Shown here: one piece after another, positions 18,699 to 29,637 of the stretch
Layout of the letters: the number at the start of each line of letters is the position of its first letter
Numbering within the stretch: position 1 is the stretch's first letter
Assembly: GCA_902489785.1 (NCBI GenBank)
Contig: CABUBG010000001.1
Span: 5,608 to 69,607 of the forward strand
Direction: 5' to 3'
Length of the DNA stretch: 64,000 bases
Source of the DNA: an uncultured Porphyromonadaceae bacterium
Lineage (GTDB): Bacteria > Bacteroidota > Bacteroidia > Bacteroidales > Muribaculaceae
Notes under the pieces: model-generated
The model's input: only the letters and a program-made list of their open reading frames with translations
What the model was told of the DNA's origin: nothing
The model's database searches: none
Made by a program: the position numbers and the translations under genes

Positions 18699-20948
18699 AT
18701 GATTAATCATTCTGTTCTATTTATCCCTATAATCGCAGCCGGCGTTATCGCCACTGCATGTGGCTCATCAGGTGATGCGTCTCAATCTCCCGCCGACACC
18801 ACCAACTATGCCGCACTTGTCAACCCGATGATCGGTACGGATTTCACTGGCAACACTTATCCCGGCGCTCAGGCACCGTTCGGCATGGTGCAGCTGAGCC
18901 CCGATAACGGTTTGCCCGGATGGGACCGTATCGCAGGATATTTCTATCCCGACAGCACCATAGCCGGATTCAGCCACACCCACCTCTCCGGAACCGGAGC
19001 CGGCGACCTCTACGACATATCGTTTATGCCGGTGACACTTCCGTATAACGAGGCCGAACAACCGCTCGGGATCTATTCGAAATTCTCACACGATGACGAA
19101 GAAGCTTCCGCCGGTTACTACCGCGTGCTTCTGAAAGACTACAATATCAATGTCGAGCTTACGGCAACCGAGCGAACGGGAATCCAGCGCTACACCTTCC
19201 CCGGAGGTGATGCCGCCGTGTTCCTGAATCTCCGCAAAGCCACTAACTGGGACGCTACTGTCGACACCCGCATCAACATCGTTGATTCCGTGACCGTCGA
19301 GGGCTATCGCTTTTCAACCGGCTGGGCCCGCGATCAGCGTGTCTATTTCCGCACCCGCTTCTCCAAGCCATGGAAAAGCGTGACGATAGATTCCGCCGTG
19401 ATCGATGCAAAGGATCCCGAAGCGCTTTCAATGGTGGCACGTTTCGACTTCTCCACTACCAAGGGTGAGCAGATAACCGTGTCGACAGCCATCTCAAGCG
19501 TCAATGAAGCCGGAGCGGCTGCCAATCTTGCAGCGGAAGCACCGACCGACGATTTCGACAAATATCTCGCACAGACACGCGAGGCCTGGAACCGCGAGCT
19601 CGGCAAGATAAAAGTGAAAGGCGACGACCGCGACCAGATCGTATGTTTCTATACCGCTTTATATCATAATATGATAGCTCCGACCATCTACTCCGATGTC
19701 AATGGCGGCTACCGCGGCCCGGATAAAAAGACGCATACGGCAAACGGCTGGACCAACTATTCCACCTTCTCGCTCTGGGACACTTTCCGTGCGTCGCATC
19801 CGCTTTACACACTCACTCAACCGGCCCGTGTAAACGACATGATCAAATCGTTCCTTGCATTCTATGATCAGAACGGACGTCTGCCTGTGTGGAACTTCCA
19901 GGGCGGCGAAACCGACATGATGATCGGCTACCACGCGGTGCCTGTCATTGTCGACGCATATCTTAAAGGTATCGGCAATTTCGACGCCAATAAAGCTCTC
20001 GACGCATGCATCGCCACCGCCAACATCGACGATTACCGCGGCATAGGCCTCTACAAGAAGCTGGGATATGTGCCTTACAATGTGGTCGACCCTTATAACG
20101 CCGACAACTGGGCGCTTTCGCGCACGCTTGAATACGCCTATGACGATTACTGCATTGCCCGTATGGCGGAGAAGCTCGGACGCAAGGATGTGGCCGATGA
20201 GTTCTACAAACGTTCGCAGAACTACCGCAATGTGTTCAACCCCGCGAACCGCTTCATGCAGCCGCGCGACGACAAAGGCAACTGGCAGCCCAATTTCTCT
20301 CCCGACGACTACACGCCCAACATCTGTGAAAGCAACGGCTGGCAATATTTCTGGTCGGTGCAGCAGGATATTCCCGGTCTTATGGAGCTTACCGGCGGGA
20401 AAAAGGCTTTCGCACAACGCCTCGACAGCATGTTCACCTACACCCCCGGCCCGGGTCACGAACTTCCGATTTTCAGCACCGGAATGATCGGACAATATGC
20501 TCACGGCAACGAGCCCGGACACCATGTGATCTATCTCTACAACTATGTCGATCAGCCATGGAAAACGGCTGAATATCTTCGCAAAGTGATGGATGAATTC
20601 TACACAAATACGCCCGCCGGACTCTGCGGCAACGAAGATCTCGGACAGATGTCGGCATGGTATGTGTTCTCTGCCATGGGACTGTATCCTGTCGATCCCG
20701 TCAGCGGAGTATATGAAATAGGTGCGCCCACATTCAAAGAGGTCACACTTGATCTCGCCAACGGAAAGCAGTTTAAAGTGCTTGCCCCCGGCGTATCGAA
20801 GACAAATAAATATGTGAAGTCGGTGAAGCTCGACGGCCAGCCTTACAGAAGCAGTTCGATCAGCCATGAACGGATCATGCAGGGCGCCACTCTCGAATTT
20901 GAGATGACTTCGCAGCCGGGCATTTGCTGGTTCGATGCGAAAAAATGA
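18699..20948 (+). CDS. Glycoside hydrolase family 92 alpha-mannosidase (lipoprotein)
   Basis: About 749 aa. Lipoprotein signal …VIATAC. GH92-typical blocks NPMIGTD, GNTYPGAQAPFGMVQLSPD, FSHTHLSGTG, GNEP and NEDLGQMSAWYV. Confidence 0.9.
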   Translation: MINHSVLFIPIIAAGVIATACGSSGDASQSPADTTNYAALVNPMIGTDFTGNTYPGAQAPFGMVQLSPDNGLPGWDRIAGYFYPDSTIAGFSHTHLSGTGAGDLYDISFMPVTLPYNEAEQPLGIYSKFSHDDEEASAGYYRVLLKDYNINVELTATERTGIQRYTFPGGDAAVFLNLRKATNWDATVDTRINIVDSVTVEGYRFSTGWARDQRVYFRTRFSKPWKSVTIDSAVIDAKDPEALSMVARFDFSTTKGEQITVSTAISSVNEAGAAANLAAEAPTDDFDKYLAQTREAWNRELGKIKVKGDDRDQIVCFYTALYHNMIAPTIYSDVNGGYRGPDKKTHTANGWTNYSTFSLWDTFRASHPLYTLTQPARVNDMIKSFLAFYDQNGRLPVWNFQGGETDMMIGYHAVPVIVDAYLKGIGNFDANKALDACIATANIDDYRGIGLYKKLGYVPYNVVDPYNADNWALSRTLEYAYDDYCIARMAEKLGRKDVADEFYKRSQNYRNVFNPANRFMQPRDDKGNWQPNFSPDDYTPNICESNGWQYFWSVQQDIPGLMELTGGKKAFAQRLDSMFTYTPGPGHELPIFSTGMIGQYAHGNEPGHHVIYLYNYVDQPWKTAEYLRKVMDEFYTNTPAGLCGNEDLGQMSAWYVFSAMGLYPVDPVSGVYEIGAPTFKEVTLDLANGKQFKVLAPGVSKTNKYVKSVKLDGQPYRSSSISHERIMQGATLEFEMTSQPGICWFDAKK

Positions 20949-20981
20949 AAGGCAGCTATTGCGCATCCGACAAAAATAATG

Positions 20982-20989
20982 TAATTTTG
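20982..20989 (+). promoter_or_regulatory. -7 promoter box TAatTTTG upstream of clpP
   Basis: Exact TAnnTTTG, 32 nt upstream of the ATG at 21021. Confidence 0.45.
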
Positions 20990-21020
20990 AATTAACAAAC
21001 ATAGCCAAAGGTACAACAAT

Positions 21021-21713
21021 ATGAATATTAAAGACGATTTTAGAAAATTTGCAGTAAACCATGTCGGCCTTAACGGTCTGGCATTTGACCAATACACCTC
21101 GAAAGCATCTTCAGCCATCCAGTCAAGCTATATTTCTCCGACAATCATCGAAGAACGTCAGCTCAATGTGGCACAGATGGATGTTTTCTCCCGACTGATG
21201 ATGGACCGTGTGATTTTCCTGGGCACCGATGTCAACGACTATACCGCCAACGTCATTCAGGCTCAGCTTCTTTATCTCGACTCAACCGATCCCGGAAAAG
21301 ATATCAGCATCTACATCAACTCGCCCGGCGGATCGGTATATGCGGGCCTCGGGATATACGACACTATGGAATATATCTCAAGCGATGTCTCGACAATATG
21401 TACCGGCATGGCCGCTTCGATGGCTGCCGTGCTCCTTGTAGCCGGCGCGAAAGGCAAGCGTTTCGCTTTGCGTCATTCACGCGTCATGATCCACCAGCCT
21501 ATGGGTGGAGCTCAGGGCCAGGCTTCGGATATCGAAATCACCGCACGCGAGATTCTCAAACTCAAAAATGAATTATACACCATCATTTCCGATCACTCGG
21601 GCCAGCCGCTTGAAAAAGTTGAGCGCGACTCTGACCGTGACTATTGGATGACCGCATTTGAAGCCAAAGAATACGGTATGATTGACGATGTGCTGATCAA
21701 GGCTAAAAAATAA
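21021..21713 (+). CDS. clpP: ATP-dependent Clp protease proteolytic subunit
   Basis: 230 aa. [18 protein letters not shown], catalytic Ser context GMAASMAA, and RVMIHQP. Confidence 0.95.
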   Translation: MNIKDDFRKFAVNHVGLNGLAFDQYTSKASSAIQSSYISPTIIEERQLNVAQMDVFSRLMMDRVIFLGTDVNDYTANVIQAQLLYLDSTDPGKDISIYINSPGGSVYAGLGIYDTMEYISSDVSTICTGMAASMAAVLLVAGAKGKRFALRHSRVMIHQPMGGAQGQASDIEITAREILKLKNELYTIISDHSGQPLEKVERDSDRDYWMTAFEAKEYGMIDDVLIKAKK

Positions 21714-21757
21714 ATATTCGGCAAAAGATGGGTTATATTTAATTCCCCTGAATTAGT

Positions 21758-23047
21758 ATGGCAAAGAAAAGAAACGGAAACAATGACAGCGAAGAGATCC
21801 GTTGCTCGTTCTGCGGACGGCCGGCGTCGGAAGATGAGATAATGGTTCCGAGCGGCTATGACGACGTCTTCATTTGTTCCTCATGCGTTGATCAGATCCA
21901 TGAAGCCGTGAAGAATTTCAAGATCGAACACGGCATTCCGACACATTCCGGGGATAAATCCGGCAGTCAGTCCGCAGAAAAGGCGGATCATGCCGGAAAC
22001 ATCCCGAAGCCTCAGGAGATATGCGCGTTCCTTGATAATTATGTTATCGGTCAGGATGTGGCCAAACGTTATCTCTCAGTTGCAGTCTACAATCACTATA
22101 AACGTCTCGCACAGGACAAATCCGACGATGTCGATATCGAAAAGAGCAATATCATTCTTGTAGGCCCTACCGGCACCGGCAAGACTTTATTGGCCAAGAC
22201 GATAGCGCGGCTGCTCGACGTGCCGTTCACGATAGTTGACGCAACGGTGCTTACCGAAGCCGGCTATGTGGGCGAAGATATCGAAAGCCTGCTCACACGT
22301 CTGCTTCAGGCTGCCGACTACGACGTAGCGAAAGCCGAACGCGGCATCGTCTTCATTGACGAGATCGACAAGATTGCCCGTAAGGGCGACAATCCCTCCA
22401 TCACGCGTGATGTGAGCGGCGAGGGCGTTCAGCAGGGCCTCCTGAAACTTCTCGAAGGCTCGATAGTCAACGTTCCGCCGCAGGGCGGCCGCAAACACCC
22501 CGAGCAGCGTATGATTGCCGTTGATACCAAAAACATCCTTTTTATATGCGGTGGTGCTTTCGACGGTATCGAACGAAAGATCGCACAGCGACTCAACTCA
22601 CACACTGTAGGCTACAGCAACACGGCGCGCAAAGGCGTTGACCGCGATAACTTCCTGCAATATGTGGCTCCTCAGGATCTCAAGTCGTTCGGACTGATCC
22701 CTGAAATCATAGGCCGTCTGCCGATCCTTACGCATCTCGAGCCTCTCGATCGCGATGCTCTGCGCCGGGTGCTCACCGAGCCTAAGAACGCCATCGTGCG
22801 ACAGTATGAAAAACTGTTCAAAATGGATGGCGTCGAACTTGTGTTCACGCCTGAAGCTCTCGACCTGATTGTCGATAAGGCTATTGAATATAAGCTCGGA
22901 GCTCGCGGCCTGCGCTCGATTGTTGAGACCGTGATGATGGATGCCATGTTCAACATCCCGTCGTCGGATATAAAAAAATTCGAAGTTACTGCCAAATATG
23001 CTCTGCAGAAACTCACCGAAGCCAATTTTGAAGTCAACAACGTTTAA
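21758..23047 (+). CDS. clpX: ATP-dependent Clp protease ATP-binding subunit
   Basis: 429 aa. N-terminal zinc finger CSFCG…CSSC, Walker A GPTGTGKT, Walker B FIDEIDK. Confidence 0.95.
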   Translation: MAKKRNGNNDSEEIRCSFCGRPASEDEIMVPSGYDDVFICSSCVDQIHEAVKNFKIEHGIPTHSGDKSGSQSAEKADHAGNIPKPQEICAFLDNYVIGQDVAKRYLSVAVYNHYKRLAQDKSDDVDIEKSNIILVGPTGTGKTLLAKTIARLLDVPFTIVDATVLTEAGYVGEDIESLLTRLLQAADYDVAKAERGIVFIDEIDKIARKGDNPSITRDVSGEGVQQGLLKLLEGSIVNVPPQGGRKHPEQRMIAVDTKNILFICGGAFDGIERKIAQRLNSHTVGYSNTARKGVDRDNFLQYVAPQDLKSFGLIPEIIGRLPILTHLEPLDRDALRRVLTEPKNAIVRQYEKLFKMDGVELVFTPEALDLIVDKAIEYKLGARGLRSIVETVMMDAMFNIPSSDIKKFEVTAKYALQKLTEANFEVNNV

Positions 23048-23093
23048 TACAATTCTATTGTCACTATAAACCGTCAACACCTTTCTCCAGATT

Positions 23094-25274
23094 ATGACCA
23101 CAAATAAGGTGCTCACTGATGCACTAAAAAAACATTTCGGTTTTGACACCTTCAAAGGCAACCAGGAGGCTATCATCACAAGTCTCTACGAAGGAAACGA
23201 CACCTTCGTGCTGATGCCCACCGGAGGCGGTAAATCTTTGTGCTATCAGCTCCCGTCGCTCTTGATGGAGGGCACCGCCATTGTGATTTCGCCCCTGATA
23301 GCGTTGATGAAAAATCAGGTGGATGCAATGCGCAATTTCAGTGAGGACGACGGTGTGGCTCATTTTCTCAATTCATCTCTCAATAAGGCAGCTGTCGACC
23401 GTGTAAAATCCGACATCGTTTCCGGTGTCACAAAATTGCTTTACGTGGCTCCGGAATCGCTGACCAAGGAGGACTATATTGAATTTCTCAAAACGGTGCC
23501 CATATCATTCTATGCAGTCGACGAAGCTCACTGCATCTCGGAATGGGGACACGATTTCCGGCCTGAATACCGGCGCATCCGTCCTATCATCAATGAAATA
23601 GGCAAACGCCCGTTGATCGCTTTGACGGCCACGGCTACGCCAAAGGTGCAGCACGATATCCAGAAAAATCTGGCGATGCTCGATGCCAATGTGTTCAAAT
23701 CGTCGTTCAACCGCCCCAATCTCTATTATGAGATCCGGCCCAAAACATCGCAGATCGACCGCGATATCATAAAGTTCATTAAAAACATGGAGGGCAAGTC
23801 GGGCATTATTTATTGCCTCAGCCGTAAAAAGGTCGAGGAACTTGCCGAATTGCTTGTTGTCAACAACATCAAAGCTCTGCCTTACCATGCGGGAATGGAC
23901 GGTGCAACGCGTTCAGCCAACCAGGATGCGTTTCTCTATGAGAAAGTCGATGTGATTGTCGCCACGATAGCCTTCGGCATGGGCATCGACAAGCCCGATG
24001 TGCGGTTTGTCATCCATTACGATATGCCCAAATCGCTTGAAGGCTACTATCAGGAGACCGGACGTGCAGGCCGTGACGGCGGTGAAGGTCTTTGCATAAC
24101 CTATTATGCGGCAAAAGACCTTCAGAAAATGGAGAAGTTCATTCAGAATAAGCCTGTTACCGAACAGGAAATAGGCCGTCAGCTCCTTCTCGAAACGGCA
24201 AGCTATGCCGAATCGAGCATCTGCCGGCGTCTTTCGCTGCTGCATTATTTCGGAGAGAAATATGATGTTGAAAATTGTGGTAACTGTGACAATTGTCTGA
24301 AACCCAAGCAAAAAGTGGAAGCTAAAGATGATTTGTGTGCGGTGCTGGAAACAATTATCGCACTTAAAGAAAAATTTAAAGCTGATTATGTTATAGATGT
24401 GATGCGCGGACGCGTCACTGCCGATGTCAAATCCTATCAGCACGAAGATCTGGAGGTATTCGGATGCGAACCGAAGGCCGACGCCCGGCATCTTGGGGCG
24501 GTAATCCGTCAGGCTGTGATGGCCGGTTACATCGACCGCGACATCGAACAGTATGGCCTGCTCAAAGTTACCCCCAAAGGACAGGAGTTCCTTAACCATC
24601 CTTCATCATTTAAAATTGTTGAAGATACGGAATTTTCTGAAGAACCCGAGCCTGAAGTGGTGAAGGGTGGTGCCGGATGTGCCGCTGATCCCGAACTGTA
24701 TTCCATACTCAAGGATCTGCGCAAGACCATTGCGAAGACTCACAAGCTCCCACCCTATGTCATATTCCAGGATCCCTCGCTGGAAGCTATGGCCACCACA
24801 TATCCTATAACTATCGAGGAGTTGGCCAACATCTCCGGCGTTGGCATCGGCAAAGCTAAAAGATATGGCGAAGAATTTGTCAAACTGATCCGCCGCCATG
24901 TCGAAGAAAATGAGATTGAGCGCCCTGAAGACATGGTTGTGCGCACAGTCGCCAACAAAAGCAAGGTGAAGATCGCCATTATCCATGCCATCGACCGCAA
25001 GATTCCTCTCGATGAAATCGCCCGCTCGCGTGGCCTCGAAATCGACGAACTGCTTGACGACATCGAGGCTATCGTCAACTCCGGCACCAAAATCAATCTC
25101 AATTACTATATCGACGATCTGCTTGACAGCGAGCAGCAGGAAGATATATTCGACTATTTTAAAGAGAGCGAGAGCGGTGACTTAAATGATGCCTATAAGG
25201 AACTTGGCAACGAATATTCCGAGGACGAAATCCGTCTGATGCGCATAAAGTTCATATCGGAAATGGGCTATTGA
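23094..25274 (+). CDS. recQ: ATP-dependent DNA helicase RecQ
   Basis: 726 aa. MPTGGGKSLCYQ, DEAHCISEWGHDFRP, zinc-binding CRR…CGNCDNC, and a C-terminal HRDC-like region. Confidence 0.93.
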   Translation: MTTNKVLTDALKKHFGFDTFKGNQEAIITSLYEGNDTFVLMPTGGGKSLCYQLPSLLMEGTAIVISPLIALMKNQVDAMRNFSEDDGVAHFLNSSLNKAAVDRVKSDIVSGVTKLLYVAPESLTKEDYIEFLKTVPISFYAVDEAHCISEWGHDFRPEYRRIRPIINEIGKRPLIALTATATPKVQHDIQKNLAMLDANVFKSSFNRPNLYYEIRPKTSQIDRDIIKFIKNMEGKSGIIYCLSRKKVEELAELLVVNNIKALPYHAGMDGATRSANQDAFLYEKVDVIVATIAFGMGIDKPDVRFVIHYDMPKSLEGYYQETGRAGRDGGEGLCITYYAAKDLQKMEKFIQNKPVTEQEIGRQLLLETASYAESSICRRLSLLHYFGEKYDVENCGNCDNCLKPKQKVEAKDDLCAVLETIIALKEKFKADYVIDVMRGRVTADVKSYQHEDLEVFGCEPKADARHLGAVIRQAVMAGYIDRDIEQYGLLKVTPKGQEFLNHPSSFKIVEDTEFSEEPEPEVVKGGAGCAADPELYSILKDLRKTIAKTHKLPPYVIFQDPSLEAMATTYPITIEELANISGVGIGKAKRYGEEFVKLIRRHVEENEIERPEDMVVRTVANKSKVKIAIIHAIDRKIPLDEIARSRGLEIDELLDDIEAIVNSGTKINLNYYIDDLLDSEQQEDIFDYFKESESGDLNDAYKELGNEYSEDEIRLMRIKFISEMGY

Positions 25275-25300
25275 TTCCGTCACACAAACAGTTTCGCACA

Positions 25301-25963
25301 ATGGAGAGCATAATCAAATACTCAGGCGTAGAGCTTCATCGCAATGACGTTGTGGTGCTGAAAAACGTCAACCTTAATGTTTCGGCCGGCGAGATGGTAT
25401 ATCTGACCGGCAAAGTGGGCAGCGGTAAAAGTTCGCTGCTTAAATCGTTCTACTCTGAAATCCCTATTGCGGCCGGCAGCGCCGAAGTGCTTGGATATGA
25501 CCTCGTTTCGATCAAACGGAAAAACGTTCCCGATCTTCGACGGGAAATAGGCATCGTGTTCCAGGATTTCCGCCTTCTCTCCGACCGCAGCGTCTACGAC
25601 AATCTCCTTTTCGTGCTCAATGCCACTGGGTGGAAGGACAAGGCAGAGCGCAACGAACGCATCGAGCAGGTGCTTCGTGAAGTAGGCATGCTCAATAAGA
25701 GCTATAAGATGCCTCACGAACTCTCCGGCGGTGAACAGCAGCGCATTGTCATGGCCCGTGCTATGCTTAACAGTCCGCGGATAATTCTTGCCGACGAACC
25801 TACCGGCAACCTCGATCCGGAGACTGGATCACTGATCATGCAGCGGTTTAAGGAAATAGCCGAGGCAGGCACTGCCGTTATCGTGGCAACTCATAATCTT
25901 TCTCTCGTGGAGCAATTCCCGTCAAGGATCATTAAGTGCGAAAACCGTCACATCTCCGAGTGA
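25301..25963 (+). CDS. ftsE: FtsE-like ABC ATP-binding protein
   Basis: Walker [12 protein letters not shown] signature LSGGEQQR, Walker B ILADEPTG. Start placed at MESIIKY. No ftsX-like permease gene follows. Confidence 0.8.
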   Translation: MESIIKYSGVELHRNDVVVLKNVNLNVSAGEMVYLTGKVGSGKSSLLKSFYSEIPIAAGSAEVLGYDLVSIKRKNVPDLRREIGIVFQDFRLLSDRSVYDNLLFVLNATGWKDKAERNERIEQVLREVGMLNKSYKMPHELSGGEQQRIVMARAMLNSPRIILADEPTGNLDPETGSLIMQRFKEIAEAGTAVIVATHNLSLVEQFPSRIIKCENRHISE

Positions 25964-26097
25964 CGCAATCAATGACGGTGGACTTGCGTCTGCACTGAGG
26001 TTCTCAATGGTTTTCAACATATGACAGGGATGTATTCCGGCAATTTTGATGTCGGAAACTGTTTTTTGAAATAAAAGTTGTAAATTCGCAGAAAATA

Positions 26098-26105
26098 TAC
26101 ATTTG
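26098..26105 (+). promoter_or_regulatory. -7 promoter box TAcaTTTG upstream of lysC
   Basis: Exact TAnnTTTG, 27 nt upstream of the ATG at 26132. Confidence 0.45.
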
Positions 26106-26131
26106 CACATAGGCTAAATATTAGGATAAAG

Positions 26132-27451
26132 ATGAAAGTAATGAAATTTGGGGGCACATCGGTCGGATCTGCCTCACGGATTAAAAACGTTGCCGATTTA
26201 GTTAAATCGCGCGGACGTAATATCATTGTGCTAAGTGCAATGTCCGGCACAACCAACACTTTGGTTTCCATCGCCGATTACTATTACAAAAGCAATATCC
26301 CGGGAGCGATGGAAACCATCAACGCCCTCGGTCAGAAATATGCGGCCACTATTGAAGAGCTTTTCGAAAAAGAAACCAGCAAGGAATCCGCACATAAAGC
26401 TATTGATGAGACACTGACGCTTCTAAGATACAAAAGCAAGCAGTCGCCCTTCACCGCAGTCGATGAAAAAGAGGTGCTCTCTCGTGGCGAACTGATGTCG
26501 ACGGCCCTGATGGCACTTTACCTGCAGGAGCAGGGAATCAATGTGGCGCTTTTGCCTGCGCTCGAATTCATGCGCACCAACGTCAACGGCGAACCCGACA
26601 CGGAATTTCTGAGCACACATTTGCGTGAAATGATGAACGGGCACAGTGATGCTGAAATCTTTCTTACCCAAGGCTTTATATGCATGAATTCCGACGGCGG
26701 AATTGATAATCTCCAGCGCGGCGGCAGCGATTACACCGCATCGCTAATCGGAGCCGCAATCGGAGCCGATGAAATTGAAATATGGACCGACATCGACGGA
26801 ATGCATAATAACGATCCGCGTTATGTCGAAGGGACAGCACCCGTGAAACAGCTCCATTTTGATGAAGCTGCCGAGCTTGCCTACTTCGGCGCTAAGATCC
26901 TGCATCCCACATGCGTACTTCCGGCCAAGCTCAACAACATCCCTGTGCGCCTGCTCAACACTATGGATCCCGAAGCCGAAGGCACCTTGATTTTCAATGC
27001 CCGTCCGGACCACACCATTAAAGCGGTTGCTGCGAAGGACAACATCACGGCAATAAAAATCAAAAGCGGCCGTATGCTTCTTGCCTACGGTTTCCTGCGT
27101 AAGGTGTTTGAGATATTTGAGAATTACCGCACTCCGATTGACATGATCGTCACCTCCGAGGTGGGCGTTTCGGTCACGATCGACAATGAGAAGAATCTTG
27201 ATGCTATTGTCGATGACCTCCGTAAATTCGGCACCGTTACCGTCGACAGGGACATGGTTATAATCTGTGTGGTAGGCGATCTCGAATGGCAAAACAGAGG
27301 GTTTGAAGCGAATGTTGTCAATGCGTTGAAAGATATCCCTGTGCGCATGATTTCCTACGGCGGAAGCAATTACAATATCTCCCTGCTCGTGCGCAAATCC
27401 GACAAGATAAAGGCTCTCAACCTTTTGAGCCGGGGTCTGTTTAATAATTAA
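26132..27451 (+). CDS. lysC: Aspartate kinase
   Basis: 439 aa. MKFGGTSVG, GGSDYTA, TDIDGM, and a C-terminal ACT-type region. Confidence 0.9.
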   Translation: MKVMKFGGTSVGSASRIKNVADLVKSRGRNIIVLSAMSGTTNTLVSIADYYYKSNIPGAMETINALGQKYAATIEELFEKETSKESAHKAIDETLTLLRYKSKQSPFTAVDEKEVLSRGELMSTALMALYLQEQGINVALLPALEFMRTNVNGEPDTEFLSTHLREMMNGHSDAEIFLTQGFICMNSDGGIDNLQRGGSDYTASLIGAAIGADEIEIWTDIDGMHNNDPRYVEGTAPVKQLHFDEAAELAYFGAKILHPTCVLPAKLNNIPVRLLNTMDPEAEGTLIFNARPDHTIKAVAAKDNITAIKIKSGRMLLAYGFLRKVFEIFENYRTPIDMIVTSEVGVSVTIDNEKNLDAIVDDLRKFGTVTVDRDMVIICVVGDLEWQNRGFEANVVNALKDIPVRMISYGGSNYNISLLVRKSDKIKALNLLSRGLFNN

Positions 27452-27468
27452 ACTTCTTGATTCAGCCC

Positions 27469-28611
27469 ATGTTTCCCGTCGAAAAATTCAGCAAGATACC
27501 CACGCCTTTCTATTACTACGACCTCGCTTTGCTCAACGAAACACTAACGGCAGTCGAAGCGGCGTCGCCGGATCCCGCATTTAAGGTGCATTATGCCGTA
27601 AAGGCCAATAGCAATGAACGGATTCTTCGTATGATTGCCGATCGCGGATTCGGCGCTGACACTGTGAGCGGCGGAGAAATTGTAAGAGCAATTGAATGTG
27701 GCTTTAAGCCTGAACATATCGTGTTTGCAGGTGTCGGCAAGACCGACGCGGAGATCTCCGAGGCTATACGGCTTGGAATAGGATGCTTCAATGTAGAATC
27801 GGCCGAGGAGCTGGATGTTATCATCGAACATGCTTCACGCCTTGGCAAAGTGGCGCGTGTAGCCCTTCGTGTCAACCCCGAAATCGATGCACACACACAT
27901 CACTTTATCACCACCGGTCTGGCCGAAAACAAGTTCGGCATCGCAATGCCGATGCTTGATGATCTGCTGCACCGGTGTGCCGAAAGCGAATGGATCGATT
28001 TTCGCGGTCTGCATTTTCATATCGGCTCGCAGATCACCATCGGCGAACCGTACATCGAACTCTGCCATCGCATCAACCGCCTGACGGCCAATATTGAATC
28101 GACGGGTATCGAAATCCCGACCATTAATGTAGGCGGCGGCCTCGGAATCAATTACGATGATCCTGATGCAGACCCCATACCTGATTTCCAAAGCTATTTT
28201 GATATCTTCCGGCAGAACCTGCGGCTCAGGCCCGGTCAGGAACTCCATTTCGAGCTCGGACGGTCAGTTGTGGGCCAGTGCGGTTCGCTGATCAGCCGTG
28301 TGCTTTACGTGAAGAAGGGCCTTGAGAAACAGTTTGTGATCATCGACGCCGGTTTTACCGATCTCATACGCCCTGCGTTGTATCAGGCTCACCATAAGAT
28401 AGAAAATATCTCTTCTGATGCTGCTGCGACGCATCGCTATGACGTTGTCGGCCCCATCTGTGAGTCGTCCGACACGTTTGGCATGAATGAGCTCTTGCCG
28501 CACACACACCGTGGCGACCTGATGGCTCTGCGCTCGGCCGGAGCTTATGGCGAAGTGATGGCGTCGCAATACAATTGCCGCCCGTTGCCACCGTCATATT
28601 TCTCGGAATAG
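27469..28611 (+). CDS. lysA: Diaminopimelate decarboxylase
   Basis: PLP-dependent fold III decarboxylase blocks (YAVKAN, HFHIGSQ, GGGLGI, ESSD, SAGAY). ATG at 27469 preferred over the TTG at 27457. Confidence 0.9.
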   Translation: MFPVEKFSKIPTPFYYYDLALLNETLTAVEAASPDPAFKVHYAVKANSNERILRMIADRGFGADTVSGGEIVRAIECGFKPEHIVFAGVGKTDAEISEAIRLGIGCFNVESAEELDVIIEHASRLGKVARVALRVNPEIDAHTHHFITTGLAENKFGIAMPMLDDLLHRCAESEWIDFRGLHFHIGSQITIGEPYIELCHRINRLTANIESTGIEIPTINVGGGLGINYDDPDADPIPDFQSYFDIFRQNLRLRPGQELHFELGRSVVGQCGSLISRVLYVKKGLEKQFVIIDAGFTDLIRPALYQAHHKIENISSDAAATHRYDVVGPICESSDTFGMNELLPHTHRGDLMALRSAGAYGEVMASQYNCRPLPPSYFSE

Positions 28612-29565
28612 CGGTGCTTGGTCTATGCTGTTGCGGAGGATTCTTATGTGTTCGGGTGTCGTGCCGCAGCATCCGCCAATGATGCCCGGCTTCCTGTCTC
28701 CCATCATTCTCATTATTGCCTCGACAAACGATTCCGGACTTTCCGGATAATTCCCGTCTTTATCCGGGATTCCGGCACTTGGATAGCAGACAATAGGGTA
28801 GGGCGAAGCGCCGGCAAGCAGGTCTATCGTGCGGTTCAATCCGCGTGGGCCGCAACAGCAGTTCAGCCCGAAAGCGGCAAGTCTGATATTGCGTTCAACT
28901 GTTTCAAGGAATTCTTCAGGCTTTTCTCCGGAAGCCATGCGTCCGCTTTCGTTATCGACTGTCACCGAAATGATTAAAGAAGTATCGCCGCCGTGCTTGT
29001 CTATCGATCGGCCTACGCCCTCGATGATAGCTCTCGCAGTCATCGGATCATAAATCGTTTCAATAATCAGCAGATCAACGCCTCCATCAATCAAAGCATC
29101 GGCCTGATGTTCATAAGCATTGCCGATTTCTTCGGGTTCCGGGATTGTTGCATCATTCACTGACAATGAGAATTCCGAAGGCCCGATTGAACCGGCAACA
29201 AAACGCGGCAACTCCTGTGTGGAGAATCTGTCGGCCTCGGCGCGGGCGATGCGGGCTGCGAGAAGATTCATCTCATTGGCATACTCCGACGTGTGATAGC
29301 GCCGTTGCGACAGCTCATTGGCATTAAATGTGTTAGTCTCGATGACGTCGGCACCGGCTTCAAGATACTGCAGATGGATTGAAGAGATGATTTCGGGTGC
29401 CGTAATGTTTAGTATATCATAGTTTCCCGAAAGTGAAACCGGGTGGTTTTTCAGTCGTGCTCCGCGATATTGCTCTTCCGAAAGCGCGAGACGCCGGATC
29501 ATCGTCGCCATTGATCCGTCCAATAAAAGACGTCGTTGTGAAACTATGTCGCGGAATGATGCCAT
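28594..29565 (-). CDS. Standalone homocysteine S-methyltransferase-domain protein
   Basis: 323 aa. LLDGSMATM, ETNTF, zinc-ligand contexts GLNCCCG and GGCCGTTPEHI. Its 3' end overlaps the lysA 3' end by 18 nt (convergent). Confidence 0.8.
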   Translation of the reverse strand: MASFRDIVSQRRLLLDGSMATMIRRLALSEEQYRGARLKNHPVSLSGNYDILNITAPEIISSIHLQYLEAGADVIETNTFNANELSQRRYHTSEYANEMNLLAARIARAEADRFSTQELPRFVAGSIGPSEFSLSVNDATIPEPEEIGNAYEHQADALIDGGVDLLIIETIYDPMTARAIIEGVGRSIDKHGGDTSLIISVTVDNESGRMASGEKPEEFLETVERNIRLAAFGLNCCCGPRGLNRTIDLLAGASPYPIVCYPSAGIPDKDGNYPESPESFVEAIMRMMGDRKPGIIGGCCGTTPEHIRILRNSIDQAPLFREI

Positions 29566-29573
29566 ATTCTGTG

Positions 29574-29581
29574 CAAAAATA
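29574..29581 (-). promoter_or_regulatory. -7 promoter box TAttTTTG upstream of the homocysteine methyltransferase gene
   Basis: Reverse complement of caaaaata. Only 8 nt from the ATG at 29565, implying a very short leader. Confidence 0.35.
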
Positions 29582-29605
29582 GCGATTAATCAGATAAAAA
29601 CTTCG

Positions 29606-29613
29606 TATATTTG
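29606..29613 (+). promoter_or_regulatory. -7 promoter box TAtaTTTG upstream of murB
   Basis: Exact TAnnTTTG, 25 nt upstream of the ATG at 29638. Confidence 0.45.
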
Positions 29614-29637
29614 TATTTATAATCAAACCTGAAGTTG

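Noticed and set aside
25301-25963. ftsE without an adjacent ftsX as an anomaly.
   Set aside because: Separated ftsE and ftsX genes are, to my knowledge, ordinary in Bacteroidetes genomes. Nothing in the sequence suggests disruption.
25964-26131. Possible lysine riboswitch (L-box) in the 168-nt leader of lysC.
   Set aside because: None of the conserved L-box core elements (for example the AGAGGCGC-type 5' helix) can be found. The space is accounted for by ftsE trailing sequence and a TAcaTTTG promoter box only 27 nt from the ATG, leaving too little room for a ~180-nt aptamer.
28594-28611. 18-nt convergent overlap of the lysA and homocysteine methyltransferase 3' ends as a regulatory antisense arrangement.
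   Set aside because: Short convergent overlaps are common in compact genomes. No terminator or structured element is present to suggest more than tight packing.
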